Positions 1 to 7,781 of a stretch of DNA of 36,222 bases are shown in pieces; the first letter of the stretch is position 1; each line of letters starts with the position of its first letter. The stretch is taken from the NCBI GenBank assembly GCA_003345545.1, contig PRDH01000038.1, positions 1 to 36,222 on the forward strand, read 5' to 3'. A program made the position numbers and the translations under genes. Origin of the DNA: Candidatus Thorarchaeota archaeon. GTDB taxonomy: Archaea > Asgardarchaeota > Thorarchaeia > Thorarchaeales > Thorarchaeaceae. The notes under the pieces are model-generated. The model saw only the letters and a list, made by a program, of their open reading frames with translations. It searched no databases and had not been told where the DNA came from.

Positions 1-1
1 T

Positions 2-262
2 ATTCTGGCAGTATCTCCAATCCTGTATTGTGGTGCAGTTGGTCGAGATTTACGAAAGAAGGTCCCAAGAGACTCACGGAGAGATGATGTTACTTCAGAC
101 TTGGCACTGTTGAAGGCAATCTCATCTGGAGTCTCATGCCCGAAATGCAGCGCAAACATAGACGTCAGGAAGATCGGAACGGACAGAGTCTACAACTGCG
201 AGTACTGTGGCGCCTCTGGGACGGTCGAGGTCGTCAAGACTTCTACGACAACCACGGCATGA
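2..262 (+). CDS. 5'-truncated Zn-ribbon membrane protein, paralog of 336..836 (runs off the window edge)
   Basis: Not in the ORF track. Manual frame +2 translation ends ...VPRDSRRDDVTSDLALLKAISSGVSCPKCSANIDVRKIGTDRVYNCEYCGASGTVEVVKTSTTTTA*, collinear with the C-terminus of 336..836. Confidence 0.85.
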   Translation: MLAVSPILYCGAVGRDLRKKVPRDSRRDDVTSDLALLKAISSGVSCPKCSANIDVRKIGTDRVYNCEYCGASGTVEVVKTSTTTTA

Positions 263-335
263 GCCGCACGAAACGAGATCGATGAAGAGGGGAATGAATA
301 TATCCCTTCGAGTCTAAGCTGACCTGAGAGGGGAA

Positions 336-836
336 ATGACAGAGAACAGAGAGCCGCTCCGGGTATATGTCGCAGTAGACCCTGCGAAGATTCTCAGATG
401 CATGTGGTGTGGGTTGGCCGAGAGCGAGACGTGGAAGAGGACCAAGTATGGGACTTACTGCTCAACGGAGTGCTTCTATGCGGCTGAGGCAAGTGGATTC
501 CTTTGCGTTTTTATTTTGGAAGTCGTACTGACTTCTGTCATGATTGGAGTAGCGACTCCATTTCCTTTGTTCATTGGTTTGCCATTTGCCATGCTGATTT
601 TTTCCCCATGCCTGGTCTGGGCTCGAGTTGGGTGGAGTCGCCAAAAGAGCGTGCCAAGAAATTCACGAAGAAATGAAACCTCTTCAGACATTGCCCTGTT
701 GAAAGCCATATCATCTGGAGTCTTGTGTCCGAGATGCAACGCGAACATAGACGTCAGGACGATCGGAGAGGACAGAATCTACCGCTGCGAGTACTGCGGT
801 GCCTCTGGAACCATCGAAGTCGTCAAGACTCACTGA
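336..836 (+). CDS. Membrane protein with N-terminal CxxC...YCSxxC (TRASH/MYM-like) motif, two TM helices and C-terminal CPxC...CxxC Zn ribbon
   Basis: CMWC, YCSTEC, a hydrophobic hairpin, CPRC/CEYC; GAGGGG RBS-like sequence upstream. Confidence 0.8.
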   Translation: MTENREPLRVYVAVDPAKILRCMWCGLAESETWKRTKYGTYCSTECFYAAEASGFLCVFILEVVLTSVMIGVATPFPLFIGLPFAMLIFSPCLVWARVGWSRQKSVPRNSRRNETSSDIALLKAISSGVLCPRCNANIDVRTIGEDRIYRCEYCGASGTIEVVKTH

Positions 837-838
837 AT

Positions 839-1495
839 CTATGGTTGAACACGCCGATAGACAGCGATTTGCCACATACCATCTTCCCGATAGAACCGCC
901 GCTCAAAGCCCTCTGCACGGACGACCTCCTCGACCACCTCGGGAGGATGTACAAAGATACGAAAAGGACTTCCGTGAAGACGATAGGAGGCATTCTCCAG
1001 AGCAGTGGCAATCCTGGCATGCCAATTGTCCAGAGGATAGACTAGGCCGTACAGTCTTCTGGCATGTGCCACGGACTTCTCCACGAGCCCCCTCACATCA
1101 CGGTAGCAGCAGATCACTCTGTCCAGCGTCACAATATCACACTGAGGGATGTCTTCGGCCAGGTCAACGAAGTCACCGTGCAGATGATTTGTGCGGTCTG
1201 CGTGTCCCTGACGTTTTGCCTCCTCCTTTGCCGCTTCGATGTATGCTTGTGAAGCTTCCACATCGATGCAGCTGCTCGCTCCTGCTTTCAGCAGTTCATG
1301 TTGGATGGCACCTATTCCCCCTCCGATGTCCAGAAGCGTCATCTCGGAGATGCCCCCTGCCAGTAGCGCATCAATCAATATCCGGGTTGTCTTCACCGGG
1401 CCCTCCTTTCGATACGCCAGAAGTTCTTTAGTTGCCGTCTTCTGGTCGAATTCGGACTCGATACCTGCGCATTGGCTGCAGTGGCTGCAACTCAT
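839..1495 (-). CDS. Class I SAM-dependent methyltransferase with Cys-rich N-terminus
   Basis: Motif I LLDIGGGIG, acidic end of beta2 (DVEAS), HGDF, DIVTLDRVICCY. Confidence 0.85.
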   Translation of the reverse strand: MSCSHCSQCAGIESEFDQKTATKELLAYRKEGPVKTTRILIDALLAGGISEMTLLDIGGGIGAIQHELLKAGASSCIDVEASQAYIEAAKEEAKRQGHADRTNHLHGDFVDLAEDIPQCDIVTLDRVICCYRDVRGLVEKSVAHARRLYGLVYPLDNWHARIATALENASYRLHGSPFRIFVHPPEVVEEVVRAEGFERRFYREDGMWQIAVYRRVQP

Positions 1496-1622
1496 GATTA
1501 TACCTTCTCACGTACGATAGACTCCAGTCTAGGAAAGAATCTGTCGGTCTACGGAGTTCAAGACACCTCTGGTGTTTAGAATGCAGCCAGAGAATTGGCT
1601 GTTAGGACACAAGAGTCCGAAT

Positions 1623-1949
1623 TCACTTCAGCTTTCCAAGAATAGCCTCTTGTACTTCTTTCATCGCGGCATCCTGCCGCTCGTTCAGGCGCGCGGCTTG
1701 TCTTCGGATGTCATCGAACAGATCTTCTCTCGATGATATTGCTCCCTCCACAAGAGCTGCTGCCGCCTCTGACCTGCTCTTGAAGACACCGATGGCCACA
1801 AGCGAATCAAGGGTCTCCACGACCTGCTTGTTCATTCTAGCGACTACAGGGATATCTCGTCCTTCTTCCCCGAATCCCTCTGCTGCGATGTTCTTCAAGA
1901 CCCTTTCGCGGAGAGAGGTCCGCTCTGGTTTCTCTTTCTTTTCAGACAC
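1623..1949 (-). CDS. Ribbon-helix-helix (CopG/MetJ-like) DNA-binding protein with C-terminal coiled coil
   Basis: PVVARMNKQVVETLDSLVAIGVFKSRSEAAAALV fits the RHH pattern (beta strand, LDxLV, G, SRSEA). Confidence 0.75.
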   Translation of the reverse strand: MSEKKEKPERTSLRERVLKNIAAEGFGEEGRDIPVVARMNKQVVETLDSLVAIGVFKSRSEAAAALVEGAISSREDLFDDIRRQAARLNERQDAAMKEVQEAILGKLK

Positions 1950-1993
1950 TGTAACTGACCCAGTCCGTATTGCAGACAGACTCCTTTTAAAAC

Positions 1994-2010
1994 TACGTAT
2001 CGTGTATCTT
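1994..2010. promoter_or_regulatory. Candidate RHH operator (GTATCnn heptads) next to a TTTTAAAA box
   Basis: TACGTATCGTGTATC matches 2448..2462 at 14/15 positions. Confidence 0.45.
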
Positions 2011-2035
2011 CCTTACGCAGTCATTGACTGCTGTC

Positions 2036-2419
2036 TTATTTTACGAACTGATCTTTGGGCCCTGTCCTCGTCACCTTCCGGTCGACCTCATCCTCTGGCC
2101 TCTTCCCAGCAGGCTCGCTTGAAGCAGATGACGTGGGATTACGTAATAGACTGAATTTCGAATATGTCCAATCAAGGAGATAGACTTCTGCAATCAGCAC
2201 TGGGATGACCATAGCAGGTAGGGTGACCAACGGGACACTGAGAAGGGCAATGATGGCTGCCAGACCGCCAAGAGACTTGGCGTAGAGATGCTTCTCGACT
2301 CGAGCTCGGAATATTCTCTTTGCCCTCTTTCTCGATTCAGTGACCGTTACCTCTTCTTGAATGTCAGGTACGACATCAAACTCAATTCCTAGACTTTCAG
2401 TTTCAACAGTTTTTTCCAT
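2036..2419 (-). CDS. Hypothetical membrane protein (two TM helices)
   Basis: ORF with hydrophobic segment LGGLAAIIALLSVPLVTLPAMVIPVLIAEVYLL; ATG at 2419 preferred over the TTG at 2443. Confidence 0.65.
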   Translation of the reverse strand: MEKTVETESLGIEFDVVPDIQEEVTVTESRKRAKRIFRARVEKHLYAKSLGGLAAIIALLSVPLVTLPAMVIPVLIAEVYLLDWTYSKFSLLRNPTSSASSEPAGKRPEDEVDRKVTRTGPKDQFVK

Positions 2420-2447
2420 TTTCCAGACCTCGTTCTGCAACACGTTT

Positions 2448-2478
2448 TACGTATCATGTATCGCGTATATTGTATAGC
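2448..2478. promoter_or_regulatory. Four tandem GTATnnn heptads, candidate RHH operator
   Basis: GTATCAT GTATCGC GTATATT GTATAGC at 2451..2478, between a TATATA box (~2488) and the 2419 start. Confidence 0.5.
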
Positions 2479-2557
2479 CGATATCGCTATATATGTTTTG
2501 TCTCTTTAGTTAGCCAACCATTTGATAGGCTGACATCTCTGGAGGGCGAGCTGTCTG

Positions 2558-4099
2558 ATGGAATCCATGGGGACTATAACGAAGTACTACCCGTTCATCG
2601 ATGAAGAGAGTAAAGCGATGCTCAACGTTCTCATGGAGGGGTCGAGCAGCTACTATGACTTTGTGAAACGATTGAGTGCTTTCGTTCTCGATAATGATGT
2701 TTCAGTCAATCTGGCCTATCTTGCGGCAGTTCAAGCATGGTGGGCCAGAACAGAAGACACAATGAAGCAGATCCAAGAGAGGTACAGAGAGGTTCCCTGT
2801 GTAAGGCCATGGGGGCATCTTCATGCAACCACCGGGACCGATCAGGCAGCCCACCATGATGCAGTTGTTAAAGCTATCGAAGAAGCGATGGACTGCTCCT
2901 TGGAAGACTGGATGAAGGCTGAGCTCTACCTTCTTCACGCCTTCTACCATTGGCCCTCACACGGTGATATTCCAAGTCTAGTAGAGCCCCTTGAAAAAGC
3001 AAAGGACCTGATAGAGGCCAATCCTGTTCTGAACTGTTTTGAACCTCTGGTCTGCACCTTTGAAGCGATGGTCAAACGGCGTGAGAGTGATAAGATGGGC
3101 GCGATTCCTGACTATCAGAGAGGTCAGCAGATTGCAGAAGCACGTGATGATTCACTATACAGGTACATGAATCTGATTGGTTTAGCAAATACCCTCAGGG
3201 ACCTCAATACTCAGGAGTCACTGACATTGTTCGAAGAACTCTACGATCTGGCTCTCGACCTCCAAGTGCCCTATTTTGTGGCTGAAGTCTTGAACGATTC
3301 AGCCCTCACATTTGAAACAGCTGGTGAATACGATCTTGCGATATCGTGCCACCAAGAGGGCATCAAGGTCTTTGGCGGGGGTGACGGGCCATCTCTCATA
3401 CTCTCAAGGATCTATTCAGCGTTGGGTGAGGGTCGGCTAGCTCTTGAATGGGCAAATGATGCCTTCCAGTATGCTGAGAATCGTGAGATTCCGTCATTGT
3501 ACCTTCGAAAGGCTTGGGCATTAGCAGTATCAGATATGTTAGAAGAAGCTGAAGACAATCTGGATATTGCCCATCCACTCATAATGAGGACTGGTGGGGT
3601 GGGCGAGTTGGCTTACTACTACCACATCTTAGGCATAATTGAGTTCAAGAGAGGAAATCTCTTGGCAGCACTTGACTTCCTCGAACAGGCTCACGAGATC
3701 ACAGAACAAGTGACTAGAGGAATAAGTCAGAGCAACGTGCTTCTCGATCTGGCACGGGTAGAGATAGCGATTGACAGTCACTCGAAGGACGGCACGAGTG
3801 GTGCAACACCCGGAGTGTGGCTCTCCAAGCTTGAAGAACATGCAAGGGAGTGTGACTATCCTGGCGTCAGAATGCTGGCTGCACTACTCCGGTCTGAGTT
3901 CTATCAGAACCACGGGCAACTCGGAGATGCACATGCAACGCTTGTAGATGCATTGGATATCACCGATTCTCTAGGTGTCAAGACCATCAGAAAGAGGATC
4001 TCTGACAGAATCCAGGAGCTGGACCTACTTCTGAGCGAGGGAGCGGTCCCCTCCAAGAGCGAGACGGTTCATCGCAGGCGTTCATCGCGCTCTTCCTAG
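2558..4099 (+). CDS. Tetratricopeptide-repeat (TPR-like) alpha-solenoid protein
   Basis: Repeated TPR-like helices, e.g. AEVLNDSALTFETAGEYDLAISCHQEGI and AYYYHILGIIEFKRGNLLAALDFLEQA. Confidence 0.75.
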   Translation: MESMGTITKYYPFIDEESKAMLNVLMEGSSSYYDFVKRLSAFVLDNDVSVNLAYLAAVQAWWARTEDTMKQIQERYREVPCVRPWGHLHATTGTDQAAHHDAVVKAIEEAMDCSLEDWMKAELYLLHAFYHWPSHGDIPSLVEPLEKAKDLIEANPVLNCFEPLVCTFEAMVKRRESDKMGAIPDYQRGQQIAEARDDSLYRYMNLIGLANTLRDLNTQESLTLFEELYDLALDLQVPYFVAEVLNDSALTFETAGEYDLAISCHQEGIKVFGGGDGPSLILSRIYSALGEGRLALEWANDAFQYAENREIPSLYLRKAWALAVSDMLEEAEDNLDIAHPLIMRTGGVGELAYYYHILGIIEFKRGNLLAALDFLEQAHEITEQVTRGISQSNVLLDLARVEIAIDSHSKDGTSGATPGVWLSKLEEHARECDYPGVRMLAALLRSEFYQNHGQLGDAHATLVDALDITDSLGVKTIRKRISDRIQELDLLLSEGAVPSKSETVHRRRSSRSS

Positions 4100-4202
4100 G
4101 TGGTCTTCGCTCGCATCCGAATCACAATCATGAAATGTGCGATCACGTAGAAGCTCTATCCTGTCATCATGATTTCAGAGGGGGAACTGGTATCATTCGG
4201 AC

Positions 4203-4667
4203 ATGCCAGACTATCGGCTGATGCTCAAAGGGCAGCGCATAAATGCGCGCGTCGCCTCGTCCCCGGCCATGGGAGCCAAGCGTGCGGAGGAAGTGTCAGG
4301 ACATATATGCGGTGTGCTTGTCGCTACAATGCCATCGGCTGAAGAGGCCTGCAAGACGGCAAGAGCTATGAGCGGATGTCCCTATGTCATTGCAACGGGG
4401 ACGACCGGGAACAAGTTCTGTAACGTGCTCGTCGTTCCTGAGAGCAAACGGTGGTGGCTGGAGTACCCTCAGAGAAGGCCTGATATTATCGGCGCTAAGA
4501 GAGTCAGTCTGACTGTGATCGATGAGTTGCTGGTCCCTGAGCTATTCGAGGAGAGAGTCAGCGGCAAGAAACTCGACACGGCGCCATGTGGAGCAGACTG
4601 CCTTGAGTGTCCGCTGAGGGAGGAATTCGACTGTCATGGATGCCCCGCTACGACACGTTATGTCTGA
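4203..4667 (+). CDS. Cys-rich hypothetical protein resembling the ligand/Cys-cluster C-terminal part of some archaeal Lrp/AsnC regulators, without an HTH
   Basis: CPYV motif and C-terminal APCGADCLECP...CHGCPAT. Confidence 0.55.
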   Translation: MPDYRLMLKGQRINARVASSPAMGAKRAEEVSGHICGVLVATMPSAEEACKTARAMSGCPYVIATGTTGNKFCNVLVVPESKRWWLEYPQRRPDIIGAKRVSLTVIDELLVPELFEERVSGKKLDTAPCGADCLECPLREEFDCHGCPATTRYV

Positions 4668-4762
4668 GGCAGCACAGAATCCGGAACGTGTCATGCTGAT
4701 CTTTCCTCTTGTACTGTCATATTCGCTCTCTCATGATGGAACCGAAAGGTTTACTAGGCTAT

Positions 4763-4794
4763 GTTAGAAATATATAACGTTAGAAATACCTAAC
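4763..4794. promoter_or_regulatory. Two tandem 16-bp quasi-palindromes GTTAG-N6-(C/A)TAAC, likely operator of the downstream XRE regulator
   Basis: GTTAGAAATATATAAC (4763..4778) and GTTAGAAATACCTAAC (4779..4794), overlapping a TATATAA box just before the 4799 start. Confidence 0.65.
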
Positions 4795-4798
4795 ATGG

Positions 4799-5143
4799 GT
4801 GAGAGTCATGCGGAAGAACGTTGTCAGTTACGTGGGGCTCTTGGGTTTCATAGGCCTTCTCGGGCTTCCCACGGGCAATTATGGGTTCTATGGCTTTTTT
4901 GGATTCTTCGGGTTCTTCGGTGCGCTCGAAGGAAGAGGCAGCGACGAGAGAGTGGACCAGAATGTCAATCGTGCGTGCAGGAACTCCTTCTTCCTGTACA
5001 TCGTCGTGATGGCGTTCTCTCTCACATGTATCGTGGCCCTCAGGGCAATAGATATCCTGCCACTTGCATTTGCTCTGCTCTTTGTCGGCAGCATGGTGAC
5101 TTTCGTTCTCTCGTACATCTTCTACGATAGAAGAGGGGACTGA
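4799..5143 (+). CDS. DUF3796/DUF2178-like small membrane protein
   Basis: [10 protein letters not shown]...[12 protein letters not shown] followed by DER...N..RA and two TM helices; typical partner of XRE HTH genes. Confidence 0.75.
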   Translation: MRVMRKNVVSYVGLLGFIGLLGLPTGNYGFYGFFGFFGFFGALEGRGSDERVDQNVNRACRNSFFLYIVVMAFSLTCIVALRAIDILPLAFALLFVGSMVTFVLSYIFYDRRGD

Positions 5144-5150
5144 GTCGCTG

Positions 5151-5345
5151 ATGAGGACCAGGATGAAGGAGCTGAGAAAGGAGCATGGTCTGACACAGGA
5201 GGAGCTTGCGGCCATGGTGGGTGTAAGAAGGGAGACCATTGTGTTCCTAGAGAAGGGGAAGTACAACCCGTCGCTTCGACTGGCACGCGCTGTTGCAAGG
5301 GCGCTCAAGTGCACAATTGAGGATGTCTTCCTGTTCGACGATTAG
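5151..5345 (+). CDS. XRE/Cro-family HTH transcriptional regulator
   Basis: [38 protein letters not shown]...IEDVF. Confidence 0.93.
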   Translation: MRTRMKELRKEHGLTQEELAAMVGVRRETIVFLEKGKYNPSLRLARAVARALKCTIEDVFLFDD

Positions 5346-5385
5346 GAACGCTATGTCCATACGAAGGGGGAATCTTGAAGCATCG

Positions 5386-5496
5386 AGTCCAAGGTGTGAC
5401 GCAGACATAGACAGCGGAAAGACTAGGGAGGACAGAGTCCAGACCTGTTAGTATTGCGGTGCCTCCGGAACCAGTGAAATAGTCAAGAACCAGTGA
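5386..5496 (+). pseudogene. Decayed 3' end of the Zn-ribbon gene family (copy of the end of 336..836)
   Basis: Translates SPRCDADIDSGKTREDRVQTC*YCGASGTSEIVKNQ* versus CPRCNANIDVRTIGEDRIYRCEYCGASGTIEVVKTH*; in-frame TAG at 5449 and first Cys lost. Confidence 0.8.
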
Positions 5497-5728
5497 ATCC
5501 GGCTTCTTCCATCCTTCTCCAGATGACTGGATTTCATTATGTCAGAGATGTCATCGTGAAACCCATTGGGCCATGGATACGCTATCGATGAGCTGGGATG
5601 AACTTGAGCAAATGAGATTATCAAGACAGTCTAGCTAAGAGATTCCACTTGTTGATCTAGGCTTGACAAATGTGATTGTGTGAATTGTCGATATTCATGA
5701 AATAAGATGCCGAGAATGATGATTAGAA

Positions 5729-5837
5729 TGGTGGGCCGGCCCGGATTTGAACCGGGGAACCTTCGCCGTGTGAAGGCGACGTATGTTAGAAGGTCAAGAA
5801 GTCTGACCCAATCATAACCGGGCTAGACCACCGGCCC
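5729..5837 (-). tRNA. tRNA-Val(CAC) with 30-nt non-canonical intron at position 23/24 (intron 5783..5812); CCA encoded
   Basis: GGGCCGG/CCGGCCC acceptor, TCGCC-TTCACAC-GGCGA anticodon arm, CCCGG-TTCAAAT-CCGGG T arm; BHB with central helix GTTA/TAAC and bulges TG^A and AT^A. Confidence 0.9.
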
Positions 5838-5860
5838 ATACACTGCGTTCTGGAGCCTGA

Positions 5861-5870
5861 TAGTTATAAG
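5861..5870. promoter_or_regulatory. TATA box (palindromic TTATAA) for tRNA-Val, possibly bidirectional
   Basis: TTATAA at 5864..5869, 27-32 nt upstream of the tRNA-Val 5' end. Confidence 0.65.
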
Positions 5871-5913
5871 AATGACGCTGTGAGGTGGCTCTGCTGATTT
5901 GAGCAAGGAGGTA

Positions 5914-5936
5914 TGCAAGTCGGCCCCGGCCCACCA
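5914..5936 (+). other. Orphan tRNA 3'-end fragment 1 (T-loop to CCA)
   Basis: TGCAAGT-CGGCC-CCGGCCC-ACCA has exact T-loop/T-stem/acceptor/NCCA spacing; no complementary 5' strands adjacent. Confidence 0.7.
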
Positions 5937-6057
5937 TTCCTCCATAATCGCGTTGTCTTCCCCTCTCCGCAGTTGACAGATTGGAAGGACATCATAATTC
6001 CTATCGTTACAGTTATAACCCAAGCAAAAGACCTCCGAATTAGCTGCACCGGATTGT

Positions 6058-6080
6058 TTCGAATCTCGTCCGGCCCACCA
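6058..6080 (+). other. Orphan tRNA 3'-end fragment 2 (T-loop to CCA)
   Basis: TTCGAAT-CTCGT-CCGGCCC-ACCA; AGTTATAA box at 6011..6018 upstream. Confidence 0.75.
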
Positions 6081-6105
6081 CCAAACAGCACAATGGGGCG
6101 TTGCA

Positions 6106-6327
6106 ATGCCAAGAATAATCACCGATGTTGACAAGTTCCTCAAGATGACCGAGGACGCAAAAGAGTGTCGTGTCAAGAGAGGCACTGATTCGGTCAAACT
6201 CAAGTTGCGTACGAATAGATACCTCTATACTATCATCCTTGAGCCCCAGAAAGCTGAAGAGATTCTCCAGCAGGTGAAGTGCCAGATCATCGAGGCCAGA
6301 ACAGAGCCCGAACCCAAAGAGGCCTAG
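6106..6327 (+). CDS. rpl38e: 50S ribosomal protein eL38
   Basis: MPRIITDVDKFL...A.ECRVKR....VKLKLRTNRYLYT signature. Confidence 0.88.
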   Translation: MPRIITDVDKFLKMTEDAKECRVKRGTDSVKLKLRTNRYLYTIILEPQKAEEILQQVKCQIIEARTEPEPKEA

Positions 6328-7589
6328 AACACTATCTTCTGGTTGAGCTCTGCAACATGAGCCTTCTTTCCTCGTTTTTCCAGTTTCTCAGCAAGTGCAT
6401 CACAGGACTCAGACTCACCGTGGACCAAGTAGAATTCAGGCTCACCGGGTATCATCGTGAGCATATCGAGCAGACCCCTGGAGTCAGAGTGTGATGATAG
6501 ATGGTGTTGACGGACATCTGCAGACACCTTGATCTCACGATTCCCCGCTGTGACCTTTCCTGTCCGGAGAAGCTCTTCCCCAGGAGTGCCTGGAATCTGA
6601 AAACTCACGAACACAATCGCGTTCTTAGGGTTATCATGAAGCATCTTGAAATAGAGAGTTGATGCGCCGCCCTTGAGCATGCCTGCAGGCGAAACGATCA
6701 CGCTGCCCGGTTTTACCGCATTCTTTCGGTCGCGGTCGTCGTTGATGATGAGCGCACGTCCTGCAGCCCTCTGAAGTGCCTGAGGGCTCTGCAGATATTG
6801 AGGATGGCGTACAAGTATCTCGTTGACATCCCGTGCCATTCCGTCGATATAGATCGGGTATTTCTTGGGGAGATTCGCTCCTTCTAGGATGCACAAAATC
6901 TCTTGACTTCTGCCCACACCAAAGGCGGGAATGAGAACAGTGCCCCCACGTTCGACAGTTTCAATCACCGTCTGAATTAGGGCCTCTTCGGTGGCCTGCC
7001 GAGGAGGGTTGATACGACGAGCATAGGTGCTCTCTGCCACAACAATATCATGTTTCGGAAGATTCTTTCTGGCACCGGGATTGAGATGAGTTTCGGTTGC
7101 ATTGAAGTCTCCAGTGAATAGAATTCGTTTGCCATTCACTCTGATAGAGACCATAGCACTGCCAGGTATGTGACCCGCATTGAAGAGGGTCATCTCGAAG
7201 TGACGACCAATAGGCATGGTTTCCTCGTATGATGTGGACTGACATTGTTTGCGCATAGCGGCAATATCCTTGAGAGTGAACGGCAGTCTACCATGTGATA
7301 TCTTGTACATATCGCGAAGAAGGAGGATACTAAGGTCACGGGTCGCCGGCGTGCAGAAGAGAGATGCCTCGGTCTGCTTGAGGACTAATGGAATACCTCC
7401 AGAGTGGTCAAGATGAGCATGAGTAAGAGCGACTCCCTGAAGGCCTTCTGTTGGTATCATATCGGGGAAACTTGGGGGTTCTGTGAACTTGACACCAAAG
7501 TCTACAAGAAAGCTCTCATCCCCTTCTTCGAGGAAGAAACCGGAACGGCCAACCTCTCTACAGGAACCAAGAAATGTTAGTTTCGCCAT
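6324..7589 (-). CDS. Metallo-beta-lactamase/beta-CASP ribonuclease (aCPSF2-like, no KH domains)
   Basis: LTFLGSCREVGRS, THAHLDHSG, AGHIPGSA, FTGD, ESTY, GRSQE, SSHSD, VHGE; start set at MAKLT. Confidence 0.9.
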   Translation of the reverse strand: MAKLTFLGSCREVGRSGFFLEEGDESFLVDFGVKFTEPPSFPDMIPTEGLQGVALTHAHLDHSGGIPLVLKQTEASLFCTPATRDLSILLLRDMYKISHGRLPFTLKDIAAMRKQCQSTSYEETMPIGRHFEMTLFNAGHIPGSAMVSIRVNGKRILFTGDFNATETHLNPGARKNLPKHDIVVAESTYARRINPPRQATEEALIQTVIETVERGGTVLIPAFGVGRSQEILCILEGANLPKKYPIYIDGMARDVNEILVRHPQYLQSPQALQRAAGRALIINDDRDRKNAVKPGSVIVSPAGMLKGGASTLYFKMLHDNPKNAIVFVSFQIPGTPGEELLRTGKVTAGNREIKVSADVRQHHLSSHSDSRGLLDMLTMIPGEPEFYLVHGESESCDALAEKLEKRGKKAHVAELNQKIVF

Positions 7590-7781
7590 CTGCAGACAAC
7601 ATCCAGCTGCACGCCACTGTCTGGCCAAGAAAAAGGTTTGCAAAGGTGTTGTTGTGAGGACCAAAACACCTTTTGCTTGGTTTACACATTCCTTTGAAGC
7701 CTATAGCATTACGAAATCTACATCAGTGAGGTACAACTCGTAGCTAAAAGTAGGTCCCAGTAGTAGGCGGAGAGACTTCGT

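Noticed and set aside
725-5314. Long antisense/alternative-frame ORFs such as 799..1431, 1708..2154 and 4790..5314
   Set aside because: Shadows of well-supported genes on the other strand; the same applies to most short track ORFs within the core block
5353-5496. Pyrrolysine/readthrough of the in-frame TAG at 5449 in a small Zn-ribbon ORF
   Set aside because: The TAG replaces a Glu codon (GAG) by one substitution, the first Zn-ligand Cys is also lost and the N-terminal part is missing; simple decay is more parsimonious
5823-6203. Overlapping ORFs 5823..6203, 5864..6112 and 5913..6131
   Set aside because: They overlap the tRNA, the tRNA fragments and rpl38e, and have no recognisable protein features
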